The notes under the pieces are model-generated. The model made no database searches. It had not been told where the DNA came from and worked only from the letters and a program-made list of their open reading frames with translations. Below are positions 53,204-62,468 of a DNA stretch of 64,000 bases, piece after piece. The stretch is from a bacterium (GTDB lineage Bacteria; Actinomycetota; Thermoleophilia; Solirubrobacterales; 70-9). The stretch covers positions 18,720 through 82,719 of the forward strand of contig JAHEXV010000002.1 of the NCBI GenBank assembly GCA_023251935.1, written 5' to 3'. The translations under genes were made by a program, and so were the position numbers. Each line of letters begins with the position of its first letter. Position 1 is the stretch's first letter.

Positions 53204-53905
53204 CTACTTCAGGTACGAGAGGAAGTCGGCGACCTGGTTCAGCCTCTGCTCGCCGAGGCTCTGGAACGAGGGCATGATCCCCGGCCCCGCCTTCAGCGAA
53301 CGCAGGATCGCGTTGCGGGGGATCCGCGCCCCGATCTGGGTCAGGTTCGGGCCGAGCGTCCCGTTGCCGTTGTCGCCGATCTTGTGGCAGGCCAGGCAGC
53401 CCGATTGCGCGACCACCAGCTTGCCGGCCTCGTACTGGGGCGGCACCTTGACATCGATCTGCGAGGGCGGGCCGGCGGTCGCCCCCGCGTAGGTGAGATA
53501 CGCCATCACCACCACGGTCATGAGCAGCGCCGTCATCGCGATCGGCCGCCGCTCGGGCCGCCGCTGGGCCCCCCGGTCATAGAACGGCAGCAACAGCAGC
53601 AGCACCATCGCGATCGTCGGGATGATGATCGTCGCCAACGGCACCAGCGCCGGGGGCTTGATCACCCGCAGGACCTCGAACAGGAAGAAGAAGTACCACT
53701 CGGGTCGCGGCGTGTAGGTGGTGGTGGTCGGATCGGCCTTCGGGCCCTGCTCAGCCCCGAGCACCAGCGCCATGACGATGATCACCGCGACGACGATCAG
53801 GGCCATCGTCGAGTCCTTCATCACCGCGTAGGGGAAGAACGGCTTGCCCTGCTTCTTCAGCAGCTCATAATCGCGGAGGTAGGCCTCCTTCTCGGCGCGG
53901 TTCAT
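53204..53905 (-). CDS. qcrC: Menaquinol:cytochrome c reductase subunit IV fused to cytochrome c (Bacillus QcrC type)
   Basis: The N-terminal part carries the PEWYFLF-type motif (RPEWYFFFLFEVLR). The C-terminal part has the haem c site CLACH and a distal Met (GIMPSF). Confidence 0.85.
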   Translation of the reverse strand: MNRAEKEAYLRDYELLKKQGKPFFPYAVMKDSTMALIVVAVIIVMALVLGAEQGPKADPTTTTYTPRPEWYFFFLFEVLRVIKPPALVPLATIIIPTIAMVLLLLLPFYDRGAQRRPERRPIAMTALLMTVVVMAYLTYAGATAGPPSQIDVKVPPQYEAGKLVVAQSGCLACHKIGDNGNGTLGPNLTQIGARIPRNAILRSLKAGPGIMPSFQSLGEQRLNQVADFLSYLK

Positions 53906-53962
53906 CTCACTGAGCCCTTCGCCGCTCGCCCGCCATCACTCCTCCTTGTTCGAGCTCGCGGC

Positions 53963-54745
53963 TCAGAGCTCTTCCTCCTTGATGATCGCCCGCGAGCGCT
54001 TCGGCTCGAGCCACGGCGGGGCCGTGGTCCCCAGCTTCACCACCAGGAAGAGGTGGGCGCCGATCAGGGCGATGATCAGCCCCGGGACGAGCAGCATGTG
54101 GATCGAGTAGAAGCGCGACAGGGTGGTGGCCCCGAACTCGGGCCCCCCGTACAGGAAGTCCGCCAGGTAGGGGCCGATGAACGGGCCGGTGCCGTTGATG
54201 TTGTTGCCGACCGTGGTCGCCCAGAACGAGCGCTGGTCGAACGGCAGCAGGTAGCCGGTGAAGCCCATGATCATGGTCAGGATCAGGAGCGTCACGCCGA
54301 TCACCCAGTTGAGCTCGCGCGGGTACTTGTAGGCACCGAGGATGAAGGTCCGCGCCATGTGGAGGAAGATCAGGATGATCATCACGCTGGCGCCCCACTT
54401 GTGCATACCGCGCACGAACTCGCCCAGGAAGACGTCGTTGGTGAGGTGGGTGATCGAGCTGTAGGCCTGGGTCGGCGACGGCGTGTAGAACATCGCCAGG
54501 AACACCCCGGTCACCGCCTGGACCGTGAACGCGAACAGCGTCGCCGAGCCGAGCGTGTAGAGCCAGTTGGTGCCCTTCGGCACCTTGCGAAAGAGCATCC
54601 CGGTGAGGAAGCTCGATCCCCCGGTGCGCTCGTCGAGCCAGCCGACCAGGTCCGCCGGCGCCTCCTTGACCGCCGGGCCGGCGCCGTTGCCCTGCTCGGC
54701 GGGCTTCTGCGGCTTGGACAGCGCCCGTGGGACGGGGACCTTCAC
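53963..54745 (-). CDS. qcrB: Cytochrome b6-type (short) cytochrome b
   Basis: Four-helix cytochrome b N-domain with haem-ligand His pairs (FVRGMHKWGAS...IFLHMARTF; RFYSIHMLLVP...GAHLFLV). 260 aa. Confidence 0.92.
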   Translation of the reverse strand: MKVPVPRALSKPQKPAEQGNGAGPAVKEAPADLVGWLDERTGGSSFLTGMLFRKVPKGTNWLYTLGSATLFAFTVQAVTGVFLAMFYTPSPTQAYSSITHLTNDVFLGEFVRGMHKWGASVMIILIFLHMARTFILGAYKYPRELNWVIGVTLLILTMIMGFTGYLLPFDQRSFWATTVGNNINGTGPFIGPYLADFLYGGPEFGATTLSRFYSIHMLLVPGLIIALIGAHLFLVVKLGTTAPPWLEPKRSRAIIKEEEL

Positions 54746-54746
54746 C

Positions 54747-55424
54747 TCAGCCTCCCGACGGCGCCGGGAAGGTGTCCGGCCGCGGCGGGTAGATCACGTT
54801 CCAGACCCCACCGGTGAACTCGCCGGGGTCGCGGGCGCGGACCGGGTCGAGCTGCGAGGTGACGCTGTAGCGAGGGCCGACCTGCACCTGTCCGTTGCGG
54901 ACCCGGGTCTGGAAGTGGTCCAGCGGGCGCACCGGCGGGCCCCCGATCACCTTGCCCTGGAAGTCGTAGACGCCGCCGTGACAGGGGCAGATGAAGTTCC
55001 TTGCCGCCTCCACGAATCGGACCGGGCAGCCGAGGTGGGCGCAGCGAGTCGAGATCGCGACGTACGGCTCGTACGGCTGGGCCTCGGCAGGCGCCGCCTT
55101 GCGGACGTAGGCGGTGGTCTTGCCCGCCTCCCCGATTCCCTCGACCAGGGTGAAGACGATCGGCGTGTAGGTCCTCTCGGTGAACCGGCTGGTGGGGCCG
55201 ACGCTCTCCCAGCGCTCCTCGCCCTTGTCGAAGATCGGCGCCACCGCGAAGCCGACCGCCGGGAGAACGATTGCCGCGCCGGCCAGGCCCCCGACCGCCT
55301 GCCCGGCGACGGTCAGCGCCTTGCGGCGGGTCATCGACTCGCCCTCGAAATAGCCGGGCGGATCGGGCTTCGGGACGGCGCCGCCGCCAGCGGAACCGTT
55401 CGTCTTGTCGGCGGCGTCGGCCAC
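54747..55424 (-). CDS. qcrA: Rieske 2Fe-2S subunit
   Basis: CAHLGCPV and CPCHGGVYD cluster boxes, with an N-terminal TM anchor. GTG start. Confidence 0.9.
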   Translation of the reverse strand: MADAADKTNGSAGGGAVPKPDPPGYFEGESMTRRKALTVAGQAVGGLAGAAIVLPAVGFAVAPIFDKGEERWESVGPTSRFTERTYTPIVFTLVEGIGEAGKTTAYVRKAAPAEAQPYEPYVAISTRCAHLGCPVRFVEAARNFICPCHGGVYDFQGKVIGGPPVRPLDHFQTRVRNGQVQVGPRYSVTSQLDPVRARDPGEFTGGVWNVIYPPRPDTFPAPSGG

Positions 55425-55439
55425 GTTCAGGCAGGGGTC

Positions 55440-56021
55440 CTAGTGGGGCTCGAAGCCTATCGCCTCGGCTGCGCGTCCCAGGCGGTCGCCCAGGCCGGCC
55501 AGATCCGCGGATCGAACGGCTTCCCTCCAGAGCGCCCGCGGGGCACCGGCGTCGGCCCGCCGCAGCGCCGTCTTCGCCCGCTCGTGAGCGGGGACGGAGC
55601 CCGCGGCGATCGCGGTCACCGCGCCCAACCAGAGCGCGCCGATCCCGTCCCTGGCCTCGGCGTGGAGCTGGGCCGACAGCGAGATCAGGTCGGCGAGCTC
55701 GCGGATCGACTCGAGGTCGCCGAGCGCCGCCAGGCGCTCCAGGCCCCGCGCGTACAGGTAGTCCCCGGCGAGCAGGGCGAGGTCCTCGTCGGCGCCCGCG
55801 ACGACGCGCGCTCGCCCGTAGTGGACCAGGTATCCCTCTCGGATCGTCTCGACCAGCAGGGCGTACTGCCCGGGATCGGCGGCGGCTCGCGGGCCGGCGG
55901 CGACCAGGAGGCCGAGCGCCGGCTGATTGGAATCGGGATCGGCGACGTACGGCGAGATCACCGAATCGTCCGCGCGAAGCTGGTCCGCGAGGGCATGCAG
56001 CGCTTGCTCGGCGACGAGCAT
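55440..56021 (-). CDS. Hypothetical helical protein, possibly HepS-like (heptaprenyl diphosphate synthase component I-like)
   Basis: 193 aa. LLAGDYLYARGLERLAALGD resembles the GDxLxA region of prenyl synthase small subunits. It heads the qcr-ubiE-hepT string. Weak call. Confidence 0.4.
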   Translation of the reverse strand: MLVAEQALHALADQLRADDSVISPYVADPDSNQPALGLLVAAGPRAAADPGQYALLVETIREGYLVHYGRARVVAGADEDLALLAGDYLYARGLERLAALGDLESIRELADLISLSAQLHAEARDGIGALWLGAVTAIAAGSVPAHERAKTALRRADAGAPRALWREAVRSADLAGLGDRLGRAAEAIGFEPH

Positions 56022-56074
56022 GGGCGCGCGAGGTTAGCCGCTGCAAGAAGCTGTGGCGCCGGGGAACGCTCGGA

Positions 56075-57361
56075 TCAGCCGAGGGGCAGGGCTTCGGCGA
56101 ACGCCTCCGACGCGGCCTCGGCGGTGCGGTCGATCGACGTCTCGTCGTGGGCCAGCGAGACGAACCAGGCCTCGAACTGCGAAGCCGGCGGGTAGACCCC
56201 GCGCGCCAGCAGGGCACGGCAGAAGCGTCCGTAGGCCTCGCGGTCACATGCCGATGCGTCGGCGAAGCTCCGGACCGGCCGTGAGCTGAAGAACACGGTG
56301 AGGAGCCCGCGGGCCGCCGCCACTTGCACCGGCCGCTCGCCGGCCGCCTCCCGGAGCCCGGCCGCCAGACGGTCGGTGAGCCGCCCGAGCCGCTCGTAGG
56401 CCTCGTCGTCGAGCTGCCGCAGGGTCGCGAGCCCGGCGGCCACGGCGAGCGGATTGCCCGACAGCGTTCCGGCCTGGTAGACGTCGCCGGCCGGGGCGAG
56501 GAGCTCCATCAGCTCGCGGCGCCCGCCGAAGGCGGCCGCCGGCAGGCCGCCGCCGAGGACCTTGCCCATCACCGTCAGGTCCGCGTCGACTCCGTAGGCC
56601 TCCTGGGCGCCGCCCCGCGCAACCCGGAACCCCGAGATCACCTCGTCCAGCACCAGCAGCGCGCCGCTGGCGTCGGCCACCTCGCGAAGCCGCCAGAGGA
56701 AGTCGTCGTCCGGCGGGACCACCCCCATGTTGGCGGGCACCGGCTCCGCGAGGATCGCCGCCGGGCGGTGCTCGGCGACGGCGCCCGCCACAGCGTCGCG
56801 GTCGTTCCAGGGGACGACGACCGTGTCGGCGGCCTGCGCCTCGGTGACCCCGGGGCTGGCCGGTAGCCCCTGCGTCGCCAGCCCGGAGCCGGCCTCGGCG
56901 AGCAGCGCGTCGACGTGGCCGTGGTAGGCGCCGGCGAACTTGACGACCTTGTCGCGGCCCGTGGCAGCGCGGGCCAGACGCAGGGCGCTCATCGACCCCT
57001 CGGTCCCCGAGCTGACCATCCGGATCATCTCGACCGACGCGAAGCGCTCGCAGACCTCCGCGGCGAGATCCACCTCCGCCTCCGTTGGGGCGCCGAAGCT
57101 GGTCCCGCGCGATGCCGCAGCGCGGACCGCCTCGACGACGGCCGGATGAGCGTGCCCGAGGATCAGTGGGCCCCACGAGCAGACCCAGTCGAGGTACCGG
57201 TTGCCGTCCACGTCGACCAGCTCGGCGCCCGCCCCACGCTCGATGAAGACCGGGTGGTCGAGGCCCACCTGCCGCATCGCACGAACCGGCGAATTGACTC
57301 CGCCGGGGATCAGCTCCACCGCCCGCTGGTAGAGCTCTGCTGAGCGATCCGGGCTCGCCAA
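56075..57361 (-). CDS. hemL: Glutamate-1-semialdehyde 2,1-aminomutase
   Basis: ELIPGGVNSPVRA, LVLDEVISGFR and MGKVLGGGLP (PLP Lys). TTG start at 57359-57361. Confidence 0.93.
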   Translation of the reverse strand: MASPDRSAELYQRAVELIPGGVNSPVRAMRQVGLDHPVFIERGAGAELVDVDGNRYLDWVCSWGPLILGHAHPAVVEAVRAAASRGTSFGAPTEAEVDLAAEVCERFASVEMIRMVSSGTEGSMSALRLARAATGRDKVVKFAGAYHGHVDALLAEAGSGLATQGLPASPGVTEAQAADTVVVPWNDRDAVAGAVAEHRPAAILAEPVPANMGVVPPDDDFLWRLREVADASGALLVLDEVISGFRVARGGAQEAYGVDADLTVMGKVLGGGLPAAAFGGRRELMELLAPAGDVYQAGTLSGNPLAVAAGLATLRQLDDEAYERLGRLTDRLAAGLREAAGERPVQVAAARGLLTVFFSSRPVRSFADASACDREAYGRFCRALLARGVYPPASQFEAWFVSLAHDETSIDRTAEAASEAFAEALPLG

Positions 57362-57391
57362 CCGCTCTACCGCTCGGCGCCGGAGGCCCGG

Positions 57392-58495
57392 TCAGGCACC
57401 GGCGTGCTCTCGCTCCCAGTCGGCGTAGTCGTCGGTGAAGTAGTGAAGCCGCACCTTCTTGAACTCGGTCGACGAGTAGAGCACCGCCCGGTCGGCGCCG
57501 TGCAGCCGGTGCTCGGCGGCGATCCCGTCGAGGATCGCGTCGCACTCGTCCTTCGAGCGCCCATGAGCCATCGTGAACACCGAGTACGGCCAGTCGGCGT
57601 AGGTGGGACGCTGGTAGCAGTGGGAGATCCCGCGCACCGCGGCCATCCGCCTGCCGATCTCGAGGACCCGCTCCGGGGGCACGCACCACACCCCCATCCC
57701 GTTCGCCGAGAACCCGGCGCGGCGGTGATAGAGGATCGCCGCCACCCGTCTCAGCAGCCGGCGCTCGACCATCCCCTCGAGGTGCTCGAGAAGGCGCCCC
57801 GTGGCCATCCCGACCTCGTCGGCGGCGGCGTCATAGGGGCGCTCGGTGACCTCCATCGGACCCTGTAGGGCACGGATGACGGCGATGTCCACCTCGTCGT
57901 AGGGCTGGCGCTCGAGCTCCCTCAGCGGCTGCGCGTCGACGGCCGCCGCGAGCGCATCGGTGCCGCCCTCCATCTCCAGGTTCATGTTGATCTTGAACAG
58001 GGTCAGGGTGGGGAGCTGGCGGATCGACTCGGCGCCGGTCTCGGACTGGAGCACCTCGAGCGTCCCCGCAAGGCCGAGCTCGGAGTCGGGCGGGGTGGCG
58101 ATCGTGAACCAGAGGTTGAACTCGTGGGTGCGAAGGTAGTTGTGTGAGACGCCGGGGTGGGAGTTGACGATCCGGGCCGCCCGCTGAGGGTTGTCGGCGT
58201 CCACCTTGGCCGCCACCAGCATCGAGGCGTAGCCGAGCGCCCGGGTGTCGAAGATCGGGGTGATCTCGCGGATGATTCGCTGGTCGAGCAACCGCTGGGT
58301 GCGAGCCAGGACCTCGTCGAGCGGGAGCTCGGCATCGCGGGCGATCGACACGTAGGGCTCGGCCTCGAGCGCGAACCTCGACTGGAGCAGGTTCATCAGC
58401 CGCTTGTCGTCCTCGTCGAGCGGGACGGCCGCGCCGTCCCGGCGCGAGCGGACCTTCGGCCGGGGCTGCTTGAGTGGCGCGTCGGCGCCGCTCAG
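57392..58495 (-). CDS. ahbAB: Fused AhbA/AhbB (NirD/NirL)-like siroheme decarboxylase
   Basis: Two AsnC-like HTH + effector units: LDEDDKRLMNLLQSRFALEAEPY...HPGVSHNYLR, and DEVDIAVIRALQGPMEVTERPY...VRGISHCYQR. The first ATG (58396) would cut off the first HTH. The only upstream start-like codon is CTG 58493-58495, which overlaps the hemB stop. Confidence 0.72.
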   Translation of the reverse strand: MSGADAPLKQPRPKVRSRRDGAAVPLDEDDKRLMNLLQSRFALEAEPYVSIARDAELPLDEVLARTQRLLDQRIIREITPIFDTRALGYASMLVAAKVDADNPQRAARIVNSHPGVSHNYLRTHEFNLWFTIATPPDSELGLAGTLEVLQSETGAESIRQLPTLTLFKINMNLEMEGGTDALAAAVDAQPLRELERQPYDEVDIAVIRALQGPMEVTERPYDAAADEVGMATGRLLEHLEGMVERRLLRRVAAILYHRRAGFSANGMGVWCVPPERVLEIGRRMAAVRGISHCYQRPTYADWPYSVFTMAHGRSKDECDAILDGIAAEHRLHGADRAVLYSSTEFKKVRLHYFTDDYADWEREHAGA

Positions 58496-59460
58496 AGCCA
58501 ACCCGCAGCCTCCTTCGCATGGTAGGTGAAGACGAGATCGGCTCCAGCGCGCCTGATCGCCGTCAAGCTCTCGATCACCGCGGCCCGCTCCTCGATCCAG
58601 CCCTGCCTCGCCGCCGCCTTCAGCATCGAGTACTCCCCCGAGACCTGGTACGCGCCGACCCGCGCCCCCGTCTCCTCCTTGACGCGGCGGATCACGTCCA
58701 GGTAGGGCATCGCCGGCTTGACCATCACGACGTCGGCGCCCTCGGCGAGATCGAGCTCCGCTTCGCGTACGGCCTCGAGCGCGTTTGCCGGGTCCATCTG
58801 ATAGCCGCGACGATCGCCGAACTCGGGCGTCGAGGAGGCGGCGTCGCGGAACGGCCCGTAGAACGCCGACGCGTACTTGGCGCTGTAGGCGATGATCGCA
58901 ACGTTCGGGTGGCCCTCCTCGTCGAGCTGTGACCGGATCGCCTCCACCCGGCCGTCCATCATGTCGCTGGGGGCGACCACGTCGGCGCCGGCGTCGGCCT
59001 GCGAGATCGCCGTCTTCGCCAGCAGCTCGATCGTGATGTCGTTGTCGACCTCGCCGTCGCGGACGATCCCGCAGTGACCATGCGAGGTGTACTCGCACAG
59101 ACAGACGTCGGTGATCACGACCAGCTCGGGGTGAGCCTCCTTCAGCGCCCGCACGCCCATCTGGACGACGCCCTCCGGGTCGTACGCGCCGGAGCCGGCC
59201 TCGTCCTTGGAGGCGGGGATCCCGAACAGGATCACGGCGCCGACCCCACCCGCCTGGAGCTCGTCGGCCTCGGCCACCAGCTCGGAGATCGAGAGGCGCT
59301 CGATCCCGGGCATCGACGGCACCTCCTCGCGCACGCCCTCGCCGGCGACCACGAACAGCGGCTGCACCAGGTGCCGCGGGTCCAGGTCCGTCTCCCGGAC
59401 GAGCTCGCGCAGGGTCCGCGTTCGACGCAGCCGGCGCATGCGGGTGGCAGGGAAGCTCAC
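58492..59460 (-). CDS. hemB: Porphobilinogen synthase (ALA dehydratase)
   Basis: RMRRLRRT...LVQPLFV, the Cys-containing metal site DVCLCEYTSHGHCG, active-site Lys regions VMVKPA and YQVSGEY. Start trimmed to GTG 59458-59460. Confidence 0.92.
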   Translation of the reverse strand: MSFPATRMRRLRRTRTLRELVRETDLDPRHLVQPLFVVAGEGVREEVPSMPGIERLSISELVAEADELQAGGVGAVILFGIPASKDEAGSGAYDPEGVVQMGVRALKEAHPELVVITDVCLCEYTSHGHCGIVRDGEVDNDITIELLAKTAISQADAGADVVAPSDMMDGRVEAIRSQLDEEGHPNVAIIAYSAKYASAFYGPFRDAASSTPEFGDRRGYQMDPANALEAVREAELDLAEGADVVMVKPAMPYLDVIRRVKEETGARVGAYQVSGEYSMLKAAARQGWIEERAAVIESLTAIRRAGADLVFTYHAKEAAGWL

Positions 59461-59579
59461 GGCCTTGATTCTAGGGAGGGGGGCGAGGCCGGGGGAAGTG
59501 TAGGAAAGTGGTTTGAACCGCCCGGCGGGACGTTGGCTGGGTAGGGGCAGCGTCGATGCGCGCCCGGGCGGGGACTGAT

Positions 59580-59632
59580 GCCTTGGGTACGCCATGGGGT
59601 ACCCAAGGCTTCAATCCTTGCCACCAGCAAGG
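59580..59632 (-). terminator. Two adjacent hairpins downstream of the ABC-2 operon
   Basis: GCCTTGGGTAC-gccatggg-GTACCCAAGGC (59580-59609) and CCTTGC-cacca-GCAAGG (59616-59632). No clear U-tract. Confidence 0.4.
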
Positions 59633-59676
59633 TGGTCACACCTCCCTACCCAGCTGCCGTTCGCCCGCGTCGCCGC

Positions 59677-61026
59677 CTACGCGAGCCGGCGCAGCGCCAG
59701 CCGGGCCACCAACCCGTAGGCGACGACCAGAATCGCGAGATGGAGGAGCGGGAGCCCGAGCGCGGGACCCGACGCGTCGAGGCCGCCGGATATCGCGTCG
59801 AGGGCGGCGTCGAACGGGAACACGGCTCGGATCACCTTGATCACGTCGAACAGGCCGGGGCTGACCGTGCCGGACTCCACCAGCGAGACGAAGGCGATCG
59901 GGAGGGAGATCATGAAGGCCAGCAGGGAGCTGGCACGGACCTCCCGGGCGGAGGCGCCGATCGCCGCGCCGAAGGCGGCGAAGGCGGCGCCACCCGCCAG
60001 GACCGCCGCGACGATGGCCGGGAGACGACCCCAGTGGATGTCGACGAACAGCGACAGCCCGGCTAGCATCAGGAGCGTCACGGCGAGCGACAGCGCGACG
60101 CCCAGGCCCACCTTCTCGGCGAGCAGCGCGGTCCGCCCGACGAGCCCGCGCACCAATCGCGGGTAGGCGTTCTCCTCCCACTCGAGCGCCAGCGAGCCCG
60201 CGACGAGGAGGACGGTGACGAACATCAGCGTCACCGTCGCCGCGACCGCGATCGCGAACGCGTCCAGGCTCGGGGGCGAGCCCGAGACGACCTCCTTCTG
60301 GACCTCGATCGGGTGGGCGATCGAGGTCAGCAGCGGCTGCGCCTGGTCGAGGTTCTGGCTGGCGAGGCGGGCGAACTGGATCACCTTGTCGAGTGCGCCG
60401 CCCATCGAGCTGTCGGCCGGCAGCTCGGAGCGCACCCCCCTGAGGATCCGCTCGCTGCTTCGGAGCCCCAGGATGTCGAGGGTCTGCCCGAGGAGGTTGA
60501 AGGTGCCCCCGCGGGTCAGCAGGGTGAGGTAGCTGGCGGAGATCCTCGAGACCTCCTTCGAGATCCTCAGGTTGGCCTGGGTGACCAGCGAGTCGATCCT
60601 GTCGTTGACCAGCCCGGCCTTCACCGGGTCCTCCTCGTTGACCAGCACGCGCACGGTCGGCTGGGTTGGATTGAGGCCGCCGAGCGACTCGAGCCTGGTG
60701 ACCAGGTCCGGCGGCAGGATCAGCGCCGCCAGGGCGTCGCCCGACTCGACCATCTGGCGGGCTTGCGCCTCGCTCGAGACCGGCACGCAGTCCAGCCGGG
60801 AGCAGAGCTCGCTCTTGGCGCCGGTGAGATCGAACTGCGCGCCACCGAGGACCAGCGGCGCGCCGGCGGGAACCTCGTTCAGGAAGGCGACCCGGGGCTT
60901 CTCGGGCCCGCGCGACAGGGCGAATCCGATCAGCACCGCGATCGCCACCGGGTAGAGCACCAGCAGCACCGTCACCAAGGGCGAGCGGCGCAGGATCTGA
61001 AGGTCCTTGAGGAACAGCCAGCGCAC
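59677..61026 (-). CDS. ABC-2-type exporter permease with large extracytoplasmic loop
   Basis: N-terminal TM (LVTVLLVLYPVAIAVLIGF), a roughly 200-aa loop, then five C-terminal TM segments. GTG start 26 nt after the ATPase gene. Confidence 0.8.
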   Translation of the reverse strand: MRWLFLKDLQILRRSPLVTVLLVLYPVAIAVLIGFALSRGPEKPRVAFLNEVPAGAPLVLGGAQFDLTGAKSELCSRLDCVPVSSEAQARQMVESGDALAALILPPDLVTRLESLGGLNPTQPTVRVLVNEEDPVKAGLVNDRIDSLVTQANLRISKEVSRISASYLTLLTRGGTFNLLGQTLDILGLRSSERILRGVRSELPADSSMGGALDKVIQFARLASQNLDQAQPLLTSIAHPIEVQKEVVSGSPPSLDAFAIAVAATVTLMFVTVLLVAGSLALEWEENAYPRLVRGLVGRTALLAEKVGLGVALSLAVTLLMLAGLSLFVDIHWGRLPAIVAAVLAGGAAFAAFGAAIGASAREVRASSLLAFMISLPIAFVSLVESGTVSPGLFDVIKVIRAVFPFDAALDAISGGLDASGPALGLPLLHLAILVVAYGLVARLALRRLA

Positions 61027-61052
61027 GTCGTCTCAGACCCCGCCCACGTCGA

Positions 61053-61775
61053 TCAGTGGCCCCGGTCTCTGAGGAAAGCGACGAATGCCTGCTCGAAGTC
61101 GCGGCCGCCGGCCTCGGGAGCCGCGGCGTGCAGATCGCCCGAGGTGCCGTCGAAGAGGGCGTCGCCGTCGGCCAGGACGAGCAGCCGCTGCCCATAGCGC
61201 TCCGCCTCCGCGATGTTGTGGGTGGAGAAGATCACGGTCGTGCCGCCTCCCGCGAGGGCGAGGACGAACTCCCAAAGACGCTCGCGCTGGCGCGGGTCGA
61301 GTCCCGCACTGGGCTCGTCGAGCAGCAGGACGGCGGGCCGAGACAAGAGCCCGAGGGCGATGTTGATCCGCTGCTGGTTGCCGCCGGAGAGCGTCCCGAC
61401 CTGGTCGTCGCGACGCTCGCCGAGCGCCGTCTGCTCGAGCATCTCCTCGACCGCGGCGTCCGCGTTCGACAGCCCCTCGAGCCTCGCGAACAGGCGCAGG
61501 TTCTCGGCCACGGTGAGGCGCCGATAGAGCGCCGCCTGCTGCGGGACCCAGCCGATCTCCCCGGGCGGTCGGCTCACCGACCCGCCGTCGGGCTCCCTGA
61601 TCCCGGCCAGGATCGAGAGCAGGGTGGTCTTGCCGGCTCCGTTGGGGCCGATGATCGCCAGCAGCTCGCCGCGATGCGCCTCGAAGCTGACGCCCTTGAG
61701 CGCCTGGCGCTCTCCGAATCGCTTCGCCAGCCCGCGCGTCTCGATCACAACCTCTCCGTTCGCCTGGGCGCTCAC
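61053..61775 (-). CDS. ABC transporter ATP-binding protein
   Basis: Walker A GPNGAGKTT, signature LSGGNQQR, Walker B LLLDEPSAGLD. Start trimmed to GTG 61773-61775; GTG 61746-61748 (MIETRGL) is an alternative. Confidence 0.9.
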   Translation of the reverse strand: MSAQANGEVVIETRGLAKRFGERQALKGVSFEAHRGELLAIIGPNGAGKTTLLSILAGIREPDGGSVSRPPGEIGWVPQQAALYRRLTVAENLRLFARLEGLSNADAAVEEMLEQTALGERRDDQVGTLSGGNQQRINIALGLLSRPAVLLLDEPSAGLDPRQRERLWEFVLALAGGGTTVIFSTHNIAEAERYGQRLLVLADGDALFDGTSGDLHAAAPEAGGRDFEQAFVAFLRDRGH

Positions 61776-61859
61776 GCTCGCGAACGCTAGTGGACCTCCG
61801 CGGGCGAACGAAAGCTTCCACGATCGGTACCCGTTGTTGAAGCGGGGCGAGGAACCGCG

Positions 61860-62465
61860 ATGGTTACGCCAAGTTCTCGACGTGCGGAGGAGGCGGAGCG
61901 GGCGCCGGGCGGTCGCATCGCCGATCGGCGGCTGATCCGGCAGGCGAGCGCCTGGCTCCCCGCGCAGAGTCCGCAGCCCGCCCGGCTTCAGGACCTGGAG
62001 ACCTCGGAGGCGATTCGCTGGGTCGACCTGTACGGTGGCGAGCTGCGCGATTCCGAGGCCCAGGCCCTGCTCGATCCCGTTTGTTACGGAGAGCTCAAGC
62101 CGCGGATCGTCCGCGACCTCATCACCCCCGCCCGCTTCCCCGCCGATCGAAGCTACGGCGGGCGGATCGGGATCACCGCCGCCTTCCGCACCCGCCACCT
62201 GCGACGCGACGACGGCGTCACCTCGGTGTTCGAGCCCGTGCACCTGCTGGTCGGGGACGGTTGGCTGTTGAGCTGCTGGCTGCCGCCGCGCACCTACCGC
62301 GGTCTGAGTGCCGAGGTCGTCGACCCGGAGCAGGCCTCGAACGAGCTCTATCGCGCGGTCGCCGAGGCATGGTCCGACGATGGCGGCGAGTCCGCCGCCG
62401 ATCTGGCCGAGTCGGTTCAGCGAGAGCTCGCCCTCACCTCCGGCTACCGCCCGCAACCGGCCTGA
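61860..62465 (+). CDS. Soluble protein resembling only the cytoplasmic N-terminal domain of CorA-type channels
   Basis: IRWVDLYGGE...(acidic)...VHLLVGDGWLLSCW parallels CorA WIDL.. and the ..F.G.NFLIT.. strands. No TM helices or GMN motif. GAGGAA lies 6 nt before the ATG. Confidence 0.45.
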   Translation: MVTPSSRRAEEAERAPGGRIADRRLIRQASAWLPAQSPQPARLQDLETSEAIRWVDLYGGELRDSEAQALLDPVCYGELKPRIVRDLITPARFPADRSYGGRIGITAAFRTRHLRRDDGVTSVFEPVHLLVGDGWLLSCWLPPRTYRGLSAEVVDPEQASNELYRAVAEAWSDDGGESAADLAESVQRELALTSGYRPQPA

Positions 62466-62468
62466 GGC

